64,000 nucleotides of DNA. It comes from Deferribacterales bacterium. GTDB lineage: Bacteria; Chrysiogenota; Deferribacteres; Deferribacterales; Geovibrionaceae. Below are positions 38,950-49,639 of this stretch, piece after piece. The notes under the pieces were generated by a model. It was given only the letters and a program-made list of their open reading frames with translations. It searched no databases and was not told where the DNA came from. Position 1 is the stretch's first letter. Every line of letters starts with the position of its first letter. Location: assembly GCA_050251875.1 (NCBI GenBank), contig JBFWMA010000008.1:57909-121908 (forward strand), in the 5' to 3' direction. The position numbers and the translations under genes were made by a program.

Positions 38950-40122
38950 ATGAAAACATCTATACTGAAAAAACAGAAACACAAACTGGCGGCAAACAGA
39001 AACCCCTGGGTCTTTTCCGGCTCGGTTTACGGCTTCGACACAATACCTGAAAACGGCGAGGCTGTCAGGGTTGAAGATTACGATAGAAACTTCATAGCAT
39101 ACGGATTTTTCAGCAGCGAGAGCGCCATCACCCTCCGTTTGTTCTCATGGGACGAAAACGAGGATTTTGACGGTGTTTTCGAACGCAGAATAGAAGATTC
39201 ACTCAATGCCAGAAAGGTTTTCATAGGTGAAAACACCGACAGCTACAGACTGATGTTCTCAGAGTCGGATTTTCTGCCCGGCTATGTGGCTGACTTCTAT
39301 GCCGGACATATTTCATTACAAGTGAACACGGCCTCCGCCGTGAAATATCTGCCCCAGATGAAAAATGCCCTGATAAAGACCCTGAACCCCCTGTCTATAT
39401 ACGTTCGTCCCGCTGACGAGCTTCTGAAAAAAGAGAAGATACGCTTCCCGGAACACTGCCTTCACGGCGAAACACCGGAGAGCATCATCATAAAAGAGAA
39501 CGGGCTGAAAATTTCCGCCAGCCCCATGTCCGGACAGAAGACCGGATACTATTTCGACCAGCGTGAAAACAGGCTGGCTGTGGCAGAATATGCCGGAGGC
39601 AAAAGCGTTCTGGACTGTTTCTGCTATACAGGCGGATTCTCCATGAACTGCGCTGTTAAGGGCGCTAACCATATCATCAGCGCCGATTCATCCGCCGACG
39701 CCCTGAACAACCTGAAGACCAACTTCGCACTGAACAACCTGACAGAACCGGAGACCGTGAAGGCGGATATCTTCGAATATCTGCGCCACAGACAGAACGA
39801 CACTCAGGAGCACGGAATAGTTATCCTCGACCCGCCTAAACTGGCAAAATCCCAGCAGGATGTGGACTCCGCCCTGAGAGCATATAAAGATCTGAACATG
39901 CTCGGCATGAAAAAAGTTGAAAAAAACGGAATTCTTGCCTCTTTTTCCTGTTCCGGCAGAGTAAAAAGAGAAGATTTCATCAAATCTGTCTCTTGGGCGG
40001 CAAAAGATGCGGGAAAAAACATACGCATAATCGAAAATCTCTCACAGGCAAAAGACCATCCCGTCAGCCCTTTTTTCCCTGAATCAGAATATCTTAAAGG
40101 AATCATCGCTATAATAAGCTGA
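38950..40122 (+). CDS. rlmI: RlmI-like 23S rRNA methyltransferase (second paralog)
   Basis: NPWVFSG, ESDFLPG, GQKTGYYFDQR, FCYTGGF, LDPPK, FSCSG, DHP..PESEYLKG. Confidence 0.85.
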   Translation: MKTSILKKQKHKLAANRNPWVFSGSVYGFDTIPENGEAVRVEDYDRNFIAYGFFSSESAITLRLFSWDENEDFDGVFERRIEDSLNARKVFIGENTDSYRLMFSESDFLPGYVADFYAGHISLQVNTASAVKYLPQMKNALIKTLNPLSIYVRPADELLKKEKIRFPEHCLHGETPESIIIKENGLKISASPMSGQKTGYYFDQRENRLAVAEYAGGKSVLDCFCYTGGFSMNCAVKGANHIISADSSADALNNLKTNFALNNLTEPETVKADIFEYLRHRQNDTQEHGIVILDPPKLAKSQQDVDSALRAYKDLNMLGMKKVEKNGILASFSCSGRVKREDFIKSVSWAAKDAGKNIRIIENLSQAKDHPVSPFFPESEYLKGIIAIIS

Positions 40123-40298
40123 CTTTTTTCCGCTTTATTTTTGTTTGTCAATTTTCTGTCATTATTTTCAATATCAATCATTTTGCATAGACTCAAAAGA
40201 AAATATGTATTATAAGCTGTTTATTAAAATTTGTTTATCCTGCGCAAAAACAATGATTTTTGCACAGAATCAGACATTTCACAGAGATTCGGTGCACG

Positions 40299-41393
40299 AT
40301 GAAAAAAACAGATCAGATTGTCAGACTTGAAAACATATCGAAATCATTTGAGGGACTGGGCGTTGTACATGATCTGGACCTGAGCATATACCACGGCGAG
40401 TTCGTCACCCTGCTTGGACCTTCCGGCTGCGGAAAGACCACCCTGCTGAGGATTATCGGCGGGTTCGAAAGACAGGATTTCGGAAAAGTGTTCATAGACG
40501 GAAAAGAGGTGTCCAAGCTCCCCCCGAACAAGAGGGAAGTGAACACCGTTTTTCAGAGCTATGCGCTGTTTCCCCATCTGAGCGTTTATGACAATGTCGC
40601 TTTCGGGCTGAAAATGTCAAAAACTCCCAAAAGCCGGATAAAAGACCTCGTGATGTCCGCTCTGGACACCGTGATGCTCCGTGATTTCGCCGACCGCATG
40701 CCTCAGAATCTCTCCGGAGGTCAGCAGCAGAGGGTTGCCATCGCCAGAGCCATCGTGAAACAGCCGAAGGTGCTTCTGCTGGACGAACCCCTTTCCGCTC
40801 TGGACTATAAGCTCAGAAAACAGATGCAGACGGAGCTGAAACAGATCCAGCGTAAGCTGGGAATCACCTTCATATTCGTCACCCACGATCAGGAGGAGGC
40901 TCTCTCCATGTCCGACCGTGTGATAGTGATGAACGAAGGAGTGATACAGCAGGACGGCACGCCCAAAGAGGTTTATGAAAACCCGAAAAACATGTTCGTG
41001 GCTAAGTTCGTGGGCGAGATCAACGTTCTGCACGCCGTGATAGAAAAGACCATGCACGGCAAGCTGATGGCAAATGTAGAGGGACGCGAATGCGTCCTGA
41101 CAAAAGATCATAAATTTCTGGAGGGCGACAAGGTCAGGCTTCTGCTCCGCCCGGAGGATATCCGGCTGGAACACATAAAAGACGCCGACAGCGACTATCC
41201 CCTTCAGGGTTTCATAGAAGAGACCACATACAAGGGAGCCACGCTGGATTCCGTGGTTCGTCTGGACAGCGGAACCACAATCACCGCCAGCGAGTTTTTT
41301 GACGAGGACGATCCCGAGTTTGAATATAAAACAGGCGAAAAAGTCGCCGTGAAATGGGTAGACGGGTGGGAGGTACTTCTTCCCGATGAATGA
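40299..41393 (+). CDS. potA: Spermidine/putrescine ABC transporter ATPase
   Basis: GPSGCGKTT, NTVFQSYALFPH, LSGGQQQR, SEFFDED. Confidence 0.93.
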   Translation: MKKTDQIVRLENISKSFEGLGVVHDLDLSIYHGEFVTLLGPSGCGKTTLLRIIGGFERQDFGKVFIDGKEVSKLPPNKREVNTVFQSYALFPHLSVYDNVAFGLKMSKTPKSRIKDLVMSALDTVMLRDFADRMPQNLSGGQQQRVAIARAIVKQPKVLLLDEPLSALDYKLRKQMQTELKQIQRKLGITFIFVTHDQEEALSMSDRVIVMNEGVIQQDGTPKEVYENPKNMFVAKFVGEINVLHAVIEKTMHGKLMANVEGRECVLTKDHKFLEGDKVRLLLRPEDIRLEHIKDADSDYPLQGFIEETTYKGATLDSVVRLDSGTTITASEFFDEDDPEFEYKTGEKVAVKWVDGWEVLLPDE

Positions 41394-42237
41394 GAAGAAC
41401 CGATTCAAAACCCTGTCTATATCGCTCATATCCTTCTGGCTGATCGTATTCGTTCTGGTGCCTGTGCTGATGGTTTTCACCGTCAGTCTGCTCACCTGCG
41501 AAGTTCCCGGCGAGATAAAACAGCCCTTCACTCTGAACAACTACAGAGAGATGTTCGATCCCGTCTTTTTGAAAGTGATCTTCGATTCATTCAAAATGGC
41601 GTTCGAAACCACCCTGATCTGTCTGATAGCCGGTTTTCCATTCGCCTATAACCTTGCCAGATACAAGGGCAGGTTCAAGAGCCTGCTTCTTATGCTGATA
41701 ATCATCCCCTTCTGGACCAGCTCGCTCATCCGCACCTATGCCATCATAGTCATCATCAAAACCAACGGTCTTCTGAACATGGCGCTCATGGCGGCGGGGC
41801 TGATAGATGAGCCTCTGAAGCTGATGTATACCCCCCTTGCCGTTATGATCGGCATGGTCTATTCGCTTCTGCCTTTTATGATTCTGCCTCTGTACGCTGT
41901 TCTGGAAAAGCTGGACTACAAATATATAGAGGCGGCGAAGGATCTGGGCGCCGGACGTGCTCAGACGTTTCTCCATGTGATTCTGCCCCTGTCCATGCCA
42001 GGCATCATAGCCGGAAGCATGCTGGTCTTTCTGCCCACCCTCTGTCTGTTCTACATATCAGACGTTCTGGGCGGGGCAAAGACTCTTCTGATAGGTAACT
42101 TTATCAGAAACCAGTTTCTGCTGGTTCGCAACTGGCCTCTGGGCGCAGCCGCCAGTATGGTTCTGATGGGACTGATGTTTATCATCATCTATGTCTATTA
42201 TAAAAGCTCGAAAAAGGCCGGCAGGGAGGCGATCTGA
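41386..42237 (+). CDS. potB: Spermidine/putrescine ABC permease
   Basis: PFWTSSLIRTYA, EAA loop EAAKDLGA, NWPLGAA. Confidence 0.92.
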   Translation: MNEKNRFKTLSISLISFWLIVFVLVPVLMVFTVSLLTCEVPGEIKQPFTLNNYREMFDPVFLKVIFDSFKMAFETTLICLIAGFPFAYNLARYKGRFKSLLLMLIIIPFWTSSLIRTYAIIVIIKTNGLLNMALMAAGLIDEPLKLMYTPLAVMIGMVYSLLPFMILPLYAVLEKLDYKYIEAAKDLGAGRAQTFLHVILPLSMPGIIAGSMLVFLPTLCLFYISDVLGGAKTLLIGNFIRNQFLLVRNWPLGAAASMVLMGLMFIIIYVYYKSSKKAGREAI

Positions 42238-43001
42238 TGAAAGCGCTGAAGATCAGCTATTCCTCTTTGGTATATTCGTTCCTCTATCTGCCCATCATCG
42301 TGCTGATAATCTACTCTTTCAATGCGTCAAAATTCGGCACAAGCTGGAAGGGCTTCACATTCAAATGGTATGAGAGCCTGATGAACAACAGCTCGCTGAT
42401 GAGCGCCGCCGGAAACTCTCTTCTGGTGGCCGTCACCGCCGCCACATTCGCCACCATAATAGGCAGTGTCGCCGCAGTCGCTTTTTACCGTTACGGTTTC
42501 AAAGGCAAAAAGATGCTCCTCGGGCTGGTATATGTTCTCATCATGGCGCCTGATATCGTCATGGGTATCAGTCTGCTGATTATGTTCGTCACCATACACA
42601 TGAACATCGGCTTCACAACGCTTCTGCTGTCGCATATCACATTCAATATCCCTTTCGTGATAGTTACGGTACTATCCAGAATGAAGGGTTTTGATAAAAA
42701 CCTGTTCGATGCCGCCGGAGATCTGGGCGCCACAGAGTTTCAGACTGTGCGCTATGTTCTTCTGCCTATGATGTTTCCGGCTGTCATAGCCGGATGGCTG
42801 CTCAGCTTCACTCTGTCTATGGACGATGTGCTTATCAGCTTTTTTGTGACGGGACCGGATTTCGACATCCTGCCCCTGCGCATCTATTCCATGGTCAGAC
42901 TGGGTGTAAAACCGGAGGTCAACGCGCTCTGCACGGTGATGTTTGCCCTCTCACTGATAATAGTTATGGCGTCACAAATACTGAATAAGGAGAAAAAATG
43001 A
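42237..43001 (+). CDS. potC: Spermidine/putrescine ABC permease
   Basis: FLYLPI, DAAGDLGA, FTLSMDD, LPLRIYSM..PEVNAL. Confidence 0.92.
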   Translation: MKALKISYSSLVYSFLYLPIIVLIIYSFNASKFGTSWKGFTFKWYESLMNNSSLMSAAGNSLLVAVTAATFATIIGSVAAVAFYRYGFKGKKMLLGLVYVLIMAPDIVMGISLLIMFVTIHMNIGFTTLLLSHITFNIPFVIVTVLSRMKGFDKNLFDAAGDLGATEFQTVRYVLLPMMFPAVIAGWLLSFTLSMDDVLISFFVTGPDFDILPLRIYSMVRLGVKPEVNALCTVMFALSLIIVMASQILNKEKK

Positions 43002-44029
43002 AAAGACTAATCCTGACAATGCTTCTCGTTCTGCTGGCTTTCACTGCCTATGCAAAAAAAGAAGTTGTATATGTCTACAACTGGTCAGAATATCTGCCCG
43101 ATCAGGTTATCAGCGATTTTGAAAAAGAGACCGGAATCAAGGTTATCTATGCCACATATGACAGCAACGAAGCCATGTATTCCAAAGTAAAAGTTCTGGG
43201 CGGAAAGGGATACGACATAATCTTCCCCTCCACCTATTATGTGAACAGGATGAGAAAAGAGGGGCTTCTGCTCCCCGTGAACAAAAAACTGCTCACCAAT
43301 ATGAAAAACATGGACGCTTCTCTTCTGGACAAGCCCTATGATCCGAAAAACCAGTTCAGCGTTCCCTATCTGTGGGGTTCTACCGCTCTGGACGTGAACA
43401 CTCAGTATGTGGACATCAAAAAAGCCACAACATACCGCATCCTCTGGGATCCTAAGTTCAAAGGCAAAGTGATGCTCACAGACGATATGCGTGAGGTTTT
43501 CGGAATGGCTCTGAGAGTGCTCGGATATTCCGGCAACGAGACAGACCCGGCAAAGATAAAAGAGGCGTATGAGCTTCTGCGCAAGCTCCGTCCCAATGTC
43601 AGAGTATATAACTCAGACTCTCCCAAAATACCCTTCATCAACGGCGAAGTCGTGATCGGCATCAACTGGAACGGCGAGGCTTTCGCCGCCAACGAAGAGA
43701 ACCCGAAAATCAAATTCGTATATCCCAAAGAGGGAGCTATCTTCTGGGTGGACAGCATGTGCATCCCCAAAGGTGCGGCAAACGTTGCCAACGCTCATAA
43801 ATTCATTAACTATATAATGAAGCCCGAAGTGGCTAAACTGATCAGCGAAGAGATAGGCTACGCCAGCCCCAACAAGGTCGCCGTGAGCATGCTTGAGCCC
43901 GAGATCAGAAACAACCACACAATATATCCCCCCATGAATATCATCAAGCAGGGCGAGTTCCAGCTTGATGTCGGCGATGCCACAGCGGTATACGAAAAAT
44001 ACTGGGAACTTTTAAAAGCCGGTAAATAA
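42998..44029 (+). CDS. potD: Spermidine/putrescine-binding periplasmic protein
   Basis: YNWSEY, YDSNE, PSTYY, PYLWGST, WNGE, PKEG..WVD. Confidence 0.93.
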   Translation: MKRLILTMLLVLLAFTAYAKKEVVYVYNWSEYLPDQVISDFEKETGIKVIYATYDSNEAMYSKVKVLGGKGYDIIFPSTYYVNRMRKEGLLLPVNKKLLTNMKNMDASLLDKPYDPKNQFSVPYLWGSTALDVNTQYVDIKKATTYRILWDPKFKGKVMLTDDMREVFGMALRVLGYSGNETDPAKIKEAYELLRKLRPNVRVYNSDSPKIPFINGEVVIGINWNGEAFAANEENPKIKFVYPKEGAIFWVDSMCIPKGAANVANAHKFINYIMKPEVAKLISEEIGYASPNKVAVSMLEPEIRNNHTIYPPMNIIKQGEFQLDVGDATAVYEKYWELLKAGK

Positions 44030-44032
44030 GCG

Positions 44033-44165
44033 GTAGGCGGCGGGATAAATAAACCCGCATACTATGATATTTCTTAAGTAGGGCGGCATTTTACATGCCG
44101 CCTTTTTGATTATATACTGTCCAACTTTCCCCCTCCTTTTGTAAAGGAGGGTCGGGGTGGATTTC
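44033..44165. repeat. Cluster of three palindromes (two GTAG-led REP-like, one CCCTCCTTT/AAAGGAGGG); the middle one doubles as the pot terminator
   Basis: GTAGGCGG..CCGCATAC 44033-44062; GTAG-GGCGGCAT-N5-ATGCCGCC-T5 44078-44107; CCCTCCTTT-TGT-AAAGGAGGG 44131-44151. Confidence 0.6.
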
Positions 44166-44185
44166 TTTTATTAAAAAAACCGTCC

Positions 44186-46135
44186 TCAGACCTTAAATCT
44201 GCTGACAAGATTCTCCAGCTTAACAGTTACCTGAGTCATGCTCTCAGCCTCCGTCATCAGGTTTTCCACCATAGACGAGCTGTTTTTGGCTATTCCGGAG
44301 ACCTCTTCTATGTCATCGGAAATACCCTTGATAATCACATTCTGCTCTTCAGCAGCCGCCGCTATCTGGTTGATCTGGGAAGAGACTTCAGATATCTGCC
44401 CCAGAATCACAGTCAGGTTCTCGCCGGCTTTGTCCGCCTGATCTGAACCGTCCTTAACCTCCGTCACTCTGGCGGACATCTGAACCACAGCCGTCTCCGT
44501 GTCTGTTCTGATCCCGGAAAGCATCGCCTCTATCTCTGTGGTGGCATGGGCGCTCTTCTCCGCCAGCTTGCGAACTTCGTCCGCCACAACGGCGAATCCT
44601 CTGCCCGCCTCTCCGGCTCTCGCCGCCTCTATCGCCGCATTCAGCGCCAGCAGGTTTGTCTGATCCGCTATGTCTTTTATAGCCGAGATAATGTTTACTA
44701 TCTCGCCTGATTTCGTCTCCAGATTGCTCACCACGTCCGCAGTCTCAGATATCCTGTCGGATATCATCATCAGACGGTCCACAGCCTCGTTCACGGAGGC
44801 GATGCCCTGCTGTGTGGTGGATGTGGTTCTGTTGGAAGCAGAAGCCGACATATGACAGCTCTTGGCTATGTCGGTGGATGTCGCCGTCATCTCCTGAGAA
44901 GACGCCGCTATGCTCTCTGATTTCTGCGAAAGAACGCTGAAGTCAGCCATTACGTTGTCCACCATGCCGTTGATGCCGCCTGTGGCAGATTTAACCTCTC
45001 CGGACGCTCTGGTGATCTCCATTACTATGTCTCTGAAATTGCTGATGAACTCGTTCAGCTTCACCGCCACGGTTCCCAACTCGTCTTTTTTGTCGTATTC
45101 AAACTTAACGGTGAGGTCAGTCCCCATGTTAGAGAAAAAATCACCCAGTCTTTTCACGGGAGATATAAAAATTTTGCGCAGAACAATCATGGTGGCGGTA
45201 ATCATAATCAGAACCACCATTGCGCCGACCAGCGTCATATATTTTATAGCGTTGGAGAGTGTCGCCGTTCTCTGATCGAACTCGGCTCTGGATGTTCCCA
45301 CCAGCGCCACGCCGTATGTCTTGCCCTGATAATCCTGCACGGGGTGCATGCCGTATACCGCCTCCGCAGTCATTGCGGAGCCGTTCTTCTCCAGCTCTGC
45401 CAGAGGTGCTTTCTTCGCCCACTCCACGGTGGGCTCGTTGAACCATTTTTTATTCGCTGTCAGATATTTCTGACCTACTTCCACATCTGAGCCCTTCTTC
45501 ATGTAGGCTTCAGCGTCCACGGCGCCTTTGTCCACCAGAACGATGTAAAAATTCTTATCCGCTTCAAACTTTCTGGAGATGCCGGAAAGTCCCGATGTCA
45601 CTTCCATGATGCCTATGATGTCGCCGGATGTGCCGAATATCGGGGATAAGGCTCTGACGCCCATCCCCACCTTGCCTATCTCCACGCCGGATATGGGCTG
45701 TTGTGTGCTCAGCACTGTTTTTATCATTGAGCGGAAGGAGATATCGTCACCCCGCCTCTCGTCAAAACTGCGGTAAAAACTGTGCATGTCAGTCCCGATG
45801 ATGTGAAAACCTGTGCCTTTGAAATCCACAGACTTATATTCCGCCTCAATTTTAGCCAGCTCTGAGGCGGCGGGTTCTACATCGCCTGTTTCCAGTGATT
45901 CTATAACGCTTTTGTTGTGGCTCATAGTGATAGCCAGAGCCTGAAGCGTGTTCAGATATGTTTTAACAGCCTCTTCAGCAGAATTATTGATTTCTTTAGT
46001 CATGCTGGCGGCTCTGCTTTTTTCCAGATTAGCGGAGAAATAATAATAGTAAATTCCGCCAGCGAAAAAGATTGTCGCCAGGATACAGAGAATGAAGAAA
46101 AGAAGTTTGGATGTTAACGATTTAAACATAATCAC
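44186..46135 (-). CDS. Methyl-accepting chemotaxis protein with double-Cache-like sensor
   Basis: [51 protein letters not shown]. Confidence 0.92.
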   Translation of the reverse strand: MIMFKSLTSKLLFFILCILATIFFAGGIYYYYFSANLEKSRAASMTKEINNSAEEAVKTYLNTLQALAITMSHNKSVIESLETGDVEPAASELAKIEAEYKSVDFKGTGFHIIGTDMHSFYRSFDERRGDDISFRSMIKTVLSTQQPISGVEIGKVGMGVRALSPIFGTSGDIIGIMEVTSGLSGISRKFEADKNFYIVLVDKGAVDAEAYMKKGSDVEVGQKYLTANKKWFNEPTVEWAKKAPLAELEKNGSAMTAEAVYGMHPVQDYQGKTYGVALVGTSRAEFDQRTATLSNAIKYMTLVGAMVVLIMITATMIVLRKIFISPVKRLGDFFSNMGTDLTVKFEYDKKDELGTVAVKLNEFISNFRDIVMEITRASGEVKSATGGINGMVDNVMADFSVLSQKSESIAASSQEMTATSTDIAKSCHMSASASNRTTSTTQQGIASVNEAVDRLMMISDRISETADVVSNLETKSGEIVNIISAIKDIADQTNLLALNAAIEAARAGEAGRGFAVVADEVRKLAEKSAHATTEIEAMLSGIRTDTETAVVQMSARVTEVKDGSDQADKAGENLTVILGQISEVSSQINQIAAAAEEQNVIIKGISDDIEEVSGIAKNSSSMVENLMTEAESMTQVTVKLENLVSRFKV

Positions 46136-46297
46136 CTCATAATATATTTGAGTTTTCCGGCACTTTTTTTATGAGAGATGATGCTGTTTCCATTATAATC
46201 AAACAATAATAATATGTATTTCTTAAAATATCATAACAAGTTTTTTTTTGCAAACGGAAAGATCGTGTAAGATGCTCAAATTACACCGGAAATAGAC

Positions 46298-46324
46298 AAA
46301 AAAAGGCGGTCATTAAGACCGCCG
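46298..46324 (-). terminator. Intrinsic terminator of gltX-glnS
   Basis: Minus strand GGCGGTC-TTAAT-GACCGCC followed by T7; same stem as at 10401. Confidence 0.75.
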
Positions 46325-46359
46325 TTCTGTTACATAGGTTCACAACAGGTTAGTTAGCA

Positions 46360-48036
46360 TTAACCATTCTGCGCCTTAGCCCAGGAATCCTTCAGCCCGA
46401 CTGTTTTGTTGAAAACAGGTCTGCCGGACACGGAGTCCTTGTCAGAGGCGAAATATCCCACACGCAGGAACTGATAGCGGGTCATCGGCTGAACGTCTTT
46501 CAGAAAAGGCTCGGCATAGCACACAGCCACTTTCAGCGAATCAGGGTTGATGTTCGCCGTAAAGTCTTTGCCCTCCGGCGCCTTGTCCGGATTAGTCACG
46601 TTAAAGAGGTGCTCATACATTCTGACTTCCGCCTCCACATAGTGGCGGGCGCTGACCCAGTGGGCTGTCCCTTTCACCTTGCGTCCGTCCTCTGTCCATC
46701 CGCCCCGGCTTGCGGGGTCATATGTGCATCTCAGCTCGGTTATGTTGCCGTCTGAATCTTTGATTACCTCTTCGCATTTTATATAGTAAGCATGCTTAAG
46801 ACGCATCTCCTGTCCGGGAGACAGTCTGAAATATTTTTTTGGGGGATTCTCCATGAAGTCGTCACGCTCAATGAACACCTCACGGCAGAAGGGTACTTTT
46901 CTGGTGCCGTCCGCCTCGTTTTCAGGGTTGTTCTCAGCATCGAACCACTCTTCCTTGTCCTCGGGATAGTTGGTTATAACCACCTTCAGGGGATCGGTCA
47001 CCACCATCACCCTCTGGGCGACCTTGTTCAGATCCTCCCTGAGACAGAACTCCAGCTGACCGTAATCGACAATACTGTTGCTCTTGGCAACGCCGATCAT
47101 CTCGGCGAAGTTTCTGACAGCCTGAGGGGTAAAACCTCTTCTTCTGAGTCCGGCTATGGTGGGCATTCTGGGGTCGTCCCATCCGCTCACCAGTTTTTTC
47201 TCCACCAGTGTCAGCAACTTGCGCTTGCTCATTACTGTGTATGTCAGGTTCAGTCTGGCGAACTCTATCTGCTGGGGATGAAAAACGCCCAGCTCATCCA
47301 GAAACCAGTCATAGAGAGGTCTGTGGTCTTCGAACTCCAGAGTGCAGATCGAGTGGGTGATTCCCTCGATGGAATCCTCCAGTCCGTGTGCGAAATCGTA
47401 CATCGGATAGATGCACCATTTGTCGCCTGTTCTGTGGTGTTCGGAGTGAGCCACACGGTATATTACGGGGTCACGCATGTTCATGTTGGGTGACGCCATG
47501 TCTATTTTAGCTCTCAGCACCGCCTCGCCCTCTTTGAACTCTCCCTTTCTCATGCGCTCGAACAGTGTAAGATTCTCATCCACGGATGTGTTTCTGTACG
47601 GGCTCTCTGTGCCGGCTTCGGTCAGAGTGCCTCTGTTTTTGCGTATCTCATCGGGAGTCTGCATACAGACGTATGCCTTGCCTTTTTTTATCAGGTCAAC
47701 GGCATAGCCGTAAAATTTCTCGAAATAGTCAGAGGCATAAAACTCTCTGTCTTCCCAGTCGAACCCCAGCCAGCGCACGTCCTCACGGATAGAATCCACA
47801 TATTCCACATCCTCTTTGGTGGGGTTTGTGTCGTCATAGCGCAGGTTGCATTTGCCGCCGAACTCCAGAGCCAGACCGAAGTTCAGGCAGATGGATTTTG
47901 CGTGTCCGATGTGCAGATATCCGTTGGGTTCCGGCGGAAAGCGGGTATGCACCCTCTTGTCGTTTTTGCCGTCTTCCAGATCTTTTCTGATTATATTCTT
48001 TATAAAATTGGACGGTTTCGAGATCTCTTCTTCCAT
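46360..48036 (-). CDS. glnS: Glutaminyl-tRNA synthetase
   Basis: [39 protein letters not shown]. Confidence 0.97.
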   Translation of the reverse strand: MEEEISKPSNFIKNIIRKDLEDGKNDKRVHTRFPPEPNGYLHIGHAKSICLNFGLALEFGGKCNLRYDDTNPTKEDVEYVDSIREDVRWLGFDWEDREFYASDYFEKFYGYAVDLIKKGKAYVCMQTPDEIRKNRGTLTEAGTESPYRNTSVDENLTLFERMRKGEFKEGEAVLRAKIDMASPNMNMRDPVIYRVAHSEHHRTGDKWCIYPMYDFAHGLEDSIEGITHSICTLEFEDHRPLYDWFLDELGVFHPQQIEFARLNLTYTVMSKRKLLTLVEKKLVSGWDDPRMPTIAGLRRRGFTPQAVRNFAEMIGVAKSNSIVDYGQLEFCLREDLNKVAQRVMVVTDPLKVVITNYPEDKEEWFDAENNPENEADGTRKVPFCREVFIERDDFMENPPKKYFRLSPGQEMRLKHAYYIKCEEVIKDSDGNITELRCTYDPASRGGWTEDGRKVKGTAHWVSARHYVEAEVRMYEHLFNVTNPDKAPEGKDFTANINPDSLKVAVCYAEPFLKDVQPMTRYQFLRVGYFASDKDSVSGRPVFNKTVGLKDSWAKAQNG

Positions 48037-48041
48037 AGTTC

Positions 48042-49511
48042 TTAGCCTTCCACGTTTTTGTCTATATAGTCGTACGCTTTCTTAATCCTGCGCAGAGATG
48101 TTTCAGCGCCCAGCAGAGAGAGCATATCGAACAGGTCGGGACCGCCGCCCACGCCTGTCAGAGCTATTCTGACAACGGGGTTTATCTTTCCGGGTGACAT
48201 CTCCAGCTCTTCCGCCACAGCGTGAAACAGCGTGTCCGCCGCCTCTCTGCTCCACTGGATTCCGGGCGCTCTGTCGATTATCTTTTCCAGAGCGGGCAGA
48301 ACCATGCGTTTGAACTGTTTTTTCGCCTGTTTCTCATCGAACTCCTCAGGATCTCTGAAGAAATAGTCCGCTGTCTCTGCTATCTCGGTCACTTTTTTAG
48401 AGCGAACCTGAAGCAGAGCAATCACGCCTTTTTTATATGCTTCGTCAAAACCGTTAACCGGGAGCCCTCTTTCTGCCCACATGGGCTCAAGCTCGCCGAG
48501 CAGTCTTGAAGGATCGTAATTTTCCATGTACTGACCGTTCATCCATTCCAGCTTCTGCTCGTCAAAAACTGACGGCTTAGCGGAAATCTTGTTCATAGAG
48601 AACGCTTCGATGATATCGTTCAGAAGCATGATCTCTCTGTCGTCTCCGGGGTTCCATCCGAGCAGAGCCAGAAAGTTAACCAGCGCTTCGGGCAGATATC
48701 CCGCTTTTTTATAATCCATCACAGATGCCGCGCCCTTTCTCTTGGACAGCTTGCCTCCGTCCGGCGACAGAATCACGGGAAGATGGGCAAAAACGGGGGG
48801 AGTCCAGCCGAAAGCCTGATACAGCAGAACGTGTCTGGGTGTGCTGGCGATCCACTCATCGCCTCTCATGACGTGGGATATCTCCATGTGGTGATCGTCC
48901 ACAACGCTTGCGAGGTGATATGTGGGAAATCCGTCAGTCTTCATCAGAACTGTGTCGTCCACCATAGTCACGGGGGTTTCTATCTCGCCCCTTATGCCGT
49001 CCATAAAGCTGACTGAGCCTTCCAGAGGCGCTTTCAGCCTGATGACATATGGAGTGCCTGCGTCTATCAGCTTCTGCGCTTCCTCTTTGGACATGTCACG
49101 GCAGTGACGGTCATATCCGCCGTGCTGTTCTTTTCTCGCCTCTTTCTCTTTGCGCACCTGCTCCAGACGCTCTGATGTGCAGAAACAGGGATATGCCATG
49201 CCTCTGTCCAGCAGAATCTGCGCGTGCTTCTTATATAGATCGAGTCTCTCTGACTGGATATAGGGACCGAAGTCTCCGCCCTTTTCCGGACCTTCAGCCC
49301 AGTCGAGCCCCAGCCATTTCAGACTCTCGAAAATCTCTCTCAGCGAATCTTCCTGAAATCTGGTTCTGTCTGTATCTTCTATACGGAGGATGAATGTGCC
49401 TCCGGTGTTTTTAGCGAAAAGATAGTTAAACAGCGCGGTTCTGGCTCCGCCGACATGCAGATAGCCTGTGGGAGAGGGAGCGAACCTGACCCTGATTTTT
49501 TTTCCGTCCAT
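48042..49511 (-). CDS. gltX: Glutamyl-tRNA synthetase
   Basis: [33 protein letters not shown], full anticodon-binding domain. Confidence 0.97.
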   Translation of the reverse strand: MDGKKIRVRFAPSPTGYLHVGGARTALFNYLFAKNTGGTFILRIEDTDRTRFQEDSLREIFESLKWLGLDWAEGPEKGGDFGPYIQSERLDLYKKHAQILLDRGMAYPCFCTSERLEQVRKEKEARKEQHGGYDRHCRDMSKEEAQKLIDAGTPYVIRLKAPLEGSVSFMDGIRGEIETPVTMVDDTVLMKTDGFPTYHLASVVDDHHMEISHVMRGDEWIASTPRHVLLYQAFGWTPPVFAHLPVILSPDGGKLSKRKGAASVMDYKKAGYLPEALVNFLALLGWNPGDDREIMLLNDIIEAFSMNKISAKPSVFDEQKLEWMNGQYMENYDPSRLLGELEPMWAERGLPVNGFDEAYKKGVIALLQVRSKKVTEIAETADYFFRDPEEFDEKQAKKQFKRMVLPALEKIIDRAPGIQWSREAADTLFHAVAEELEMSPGKINPVVRIALTGVGGGPDLFDMLSLLGAETSLRRIKKAYDYIDKNVEG

Positions 49512-49639
49512 TTTTTCTCCATGATGTAAAAATAGTAAAGCGGTATTACTTTTTATAATTAATTTGTTATAGTATATTATTCAACATAGATTTTCAACCA
49601 TTGTACTTCGCCTTTTAATCTTTGCCCACGGAGTTTATT

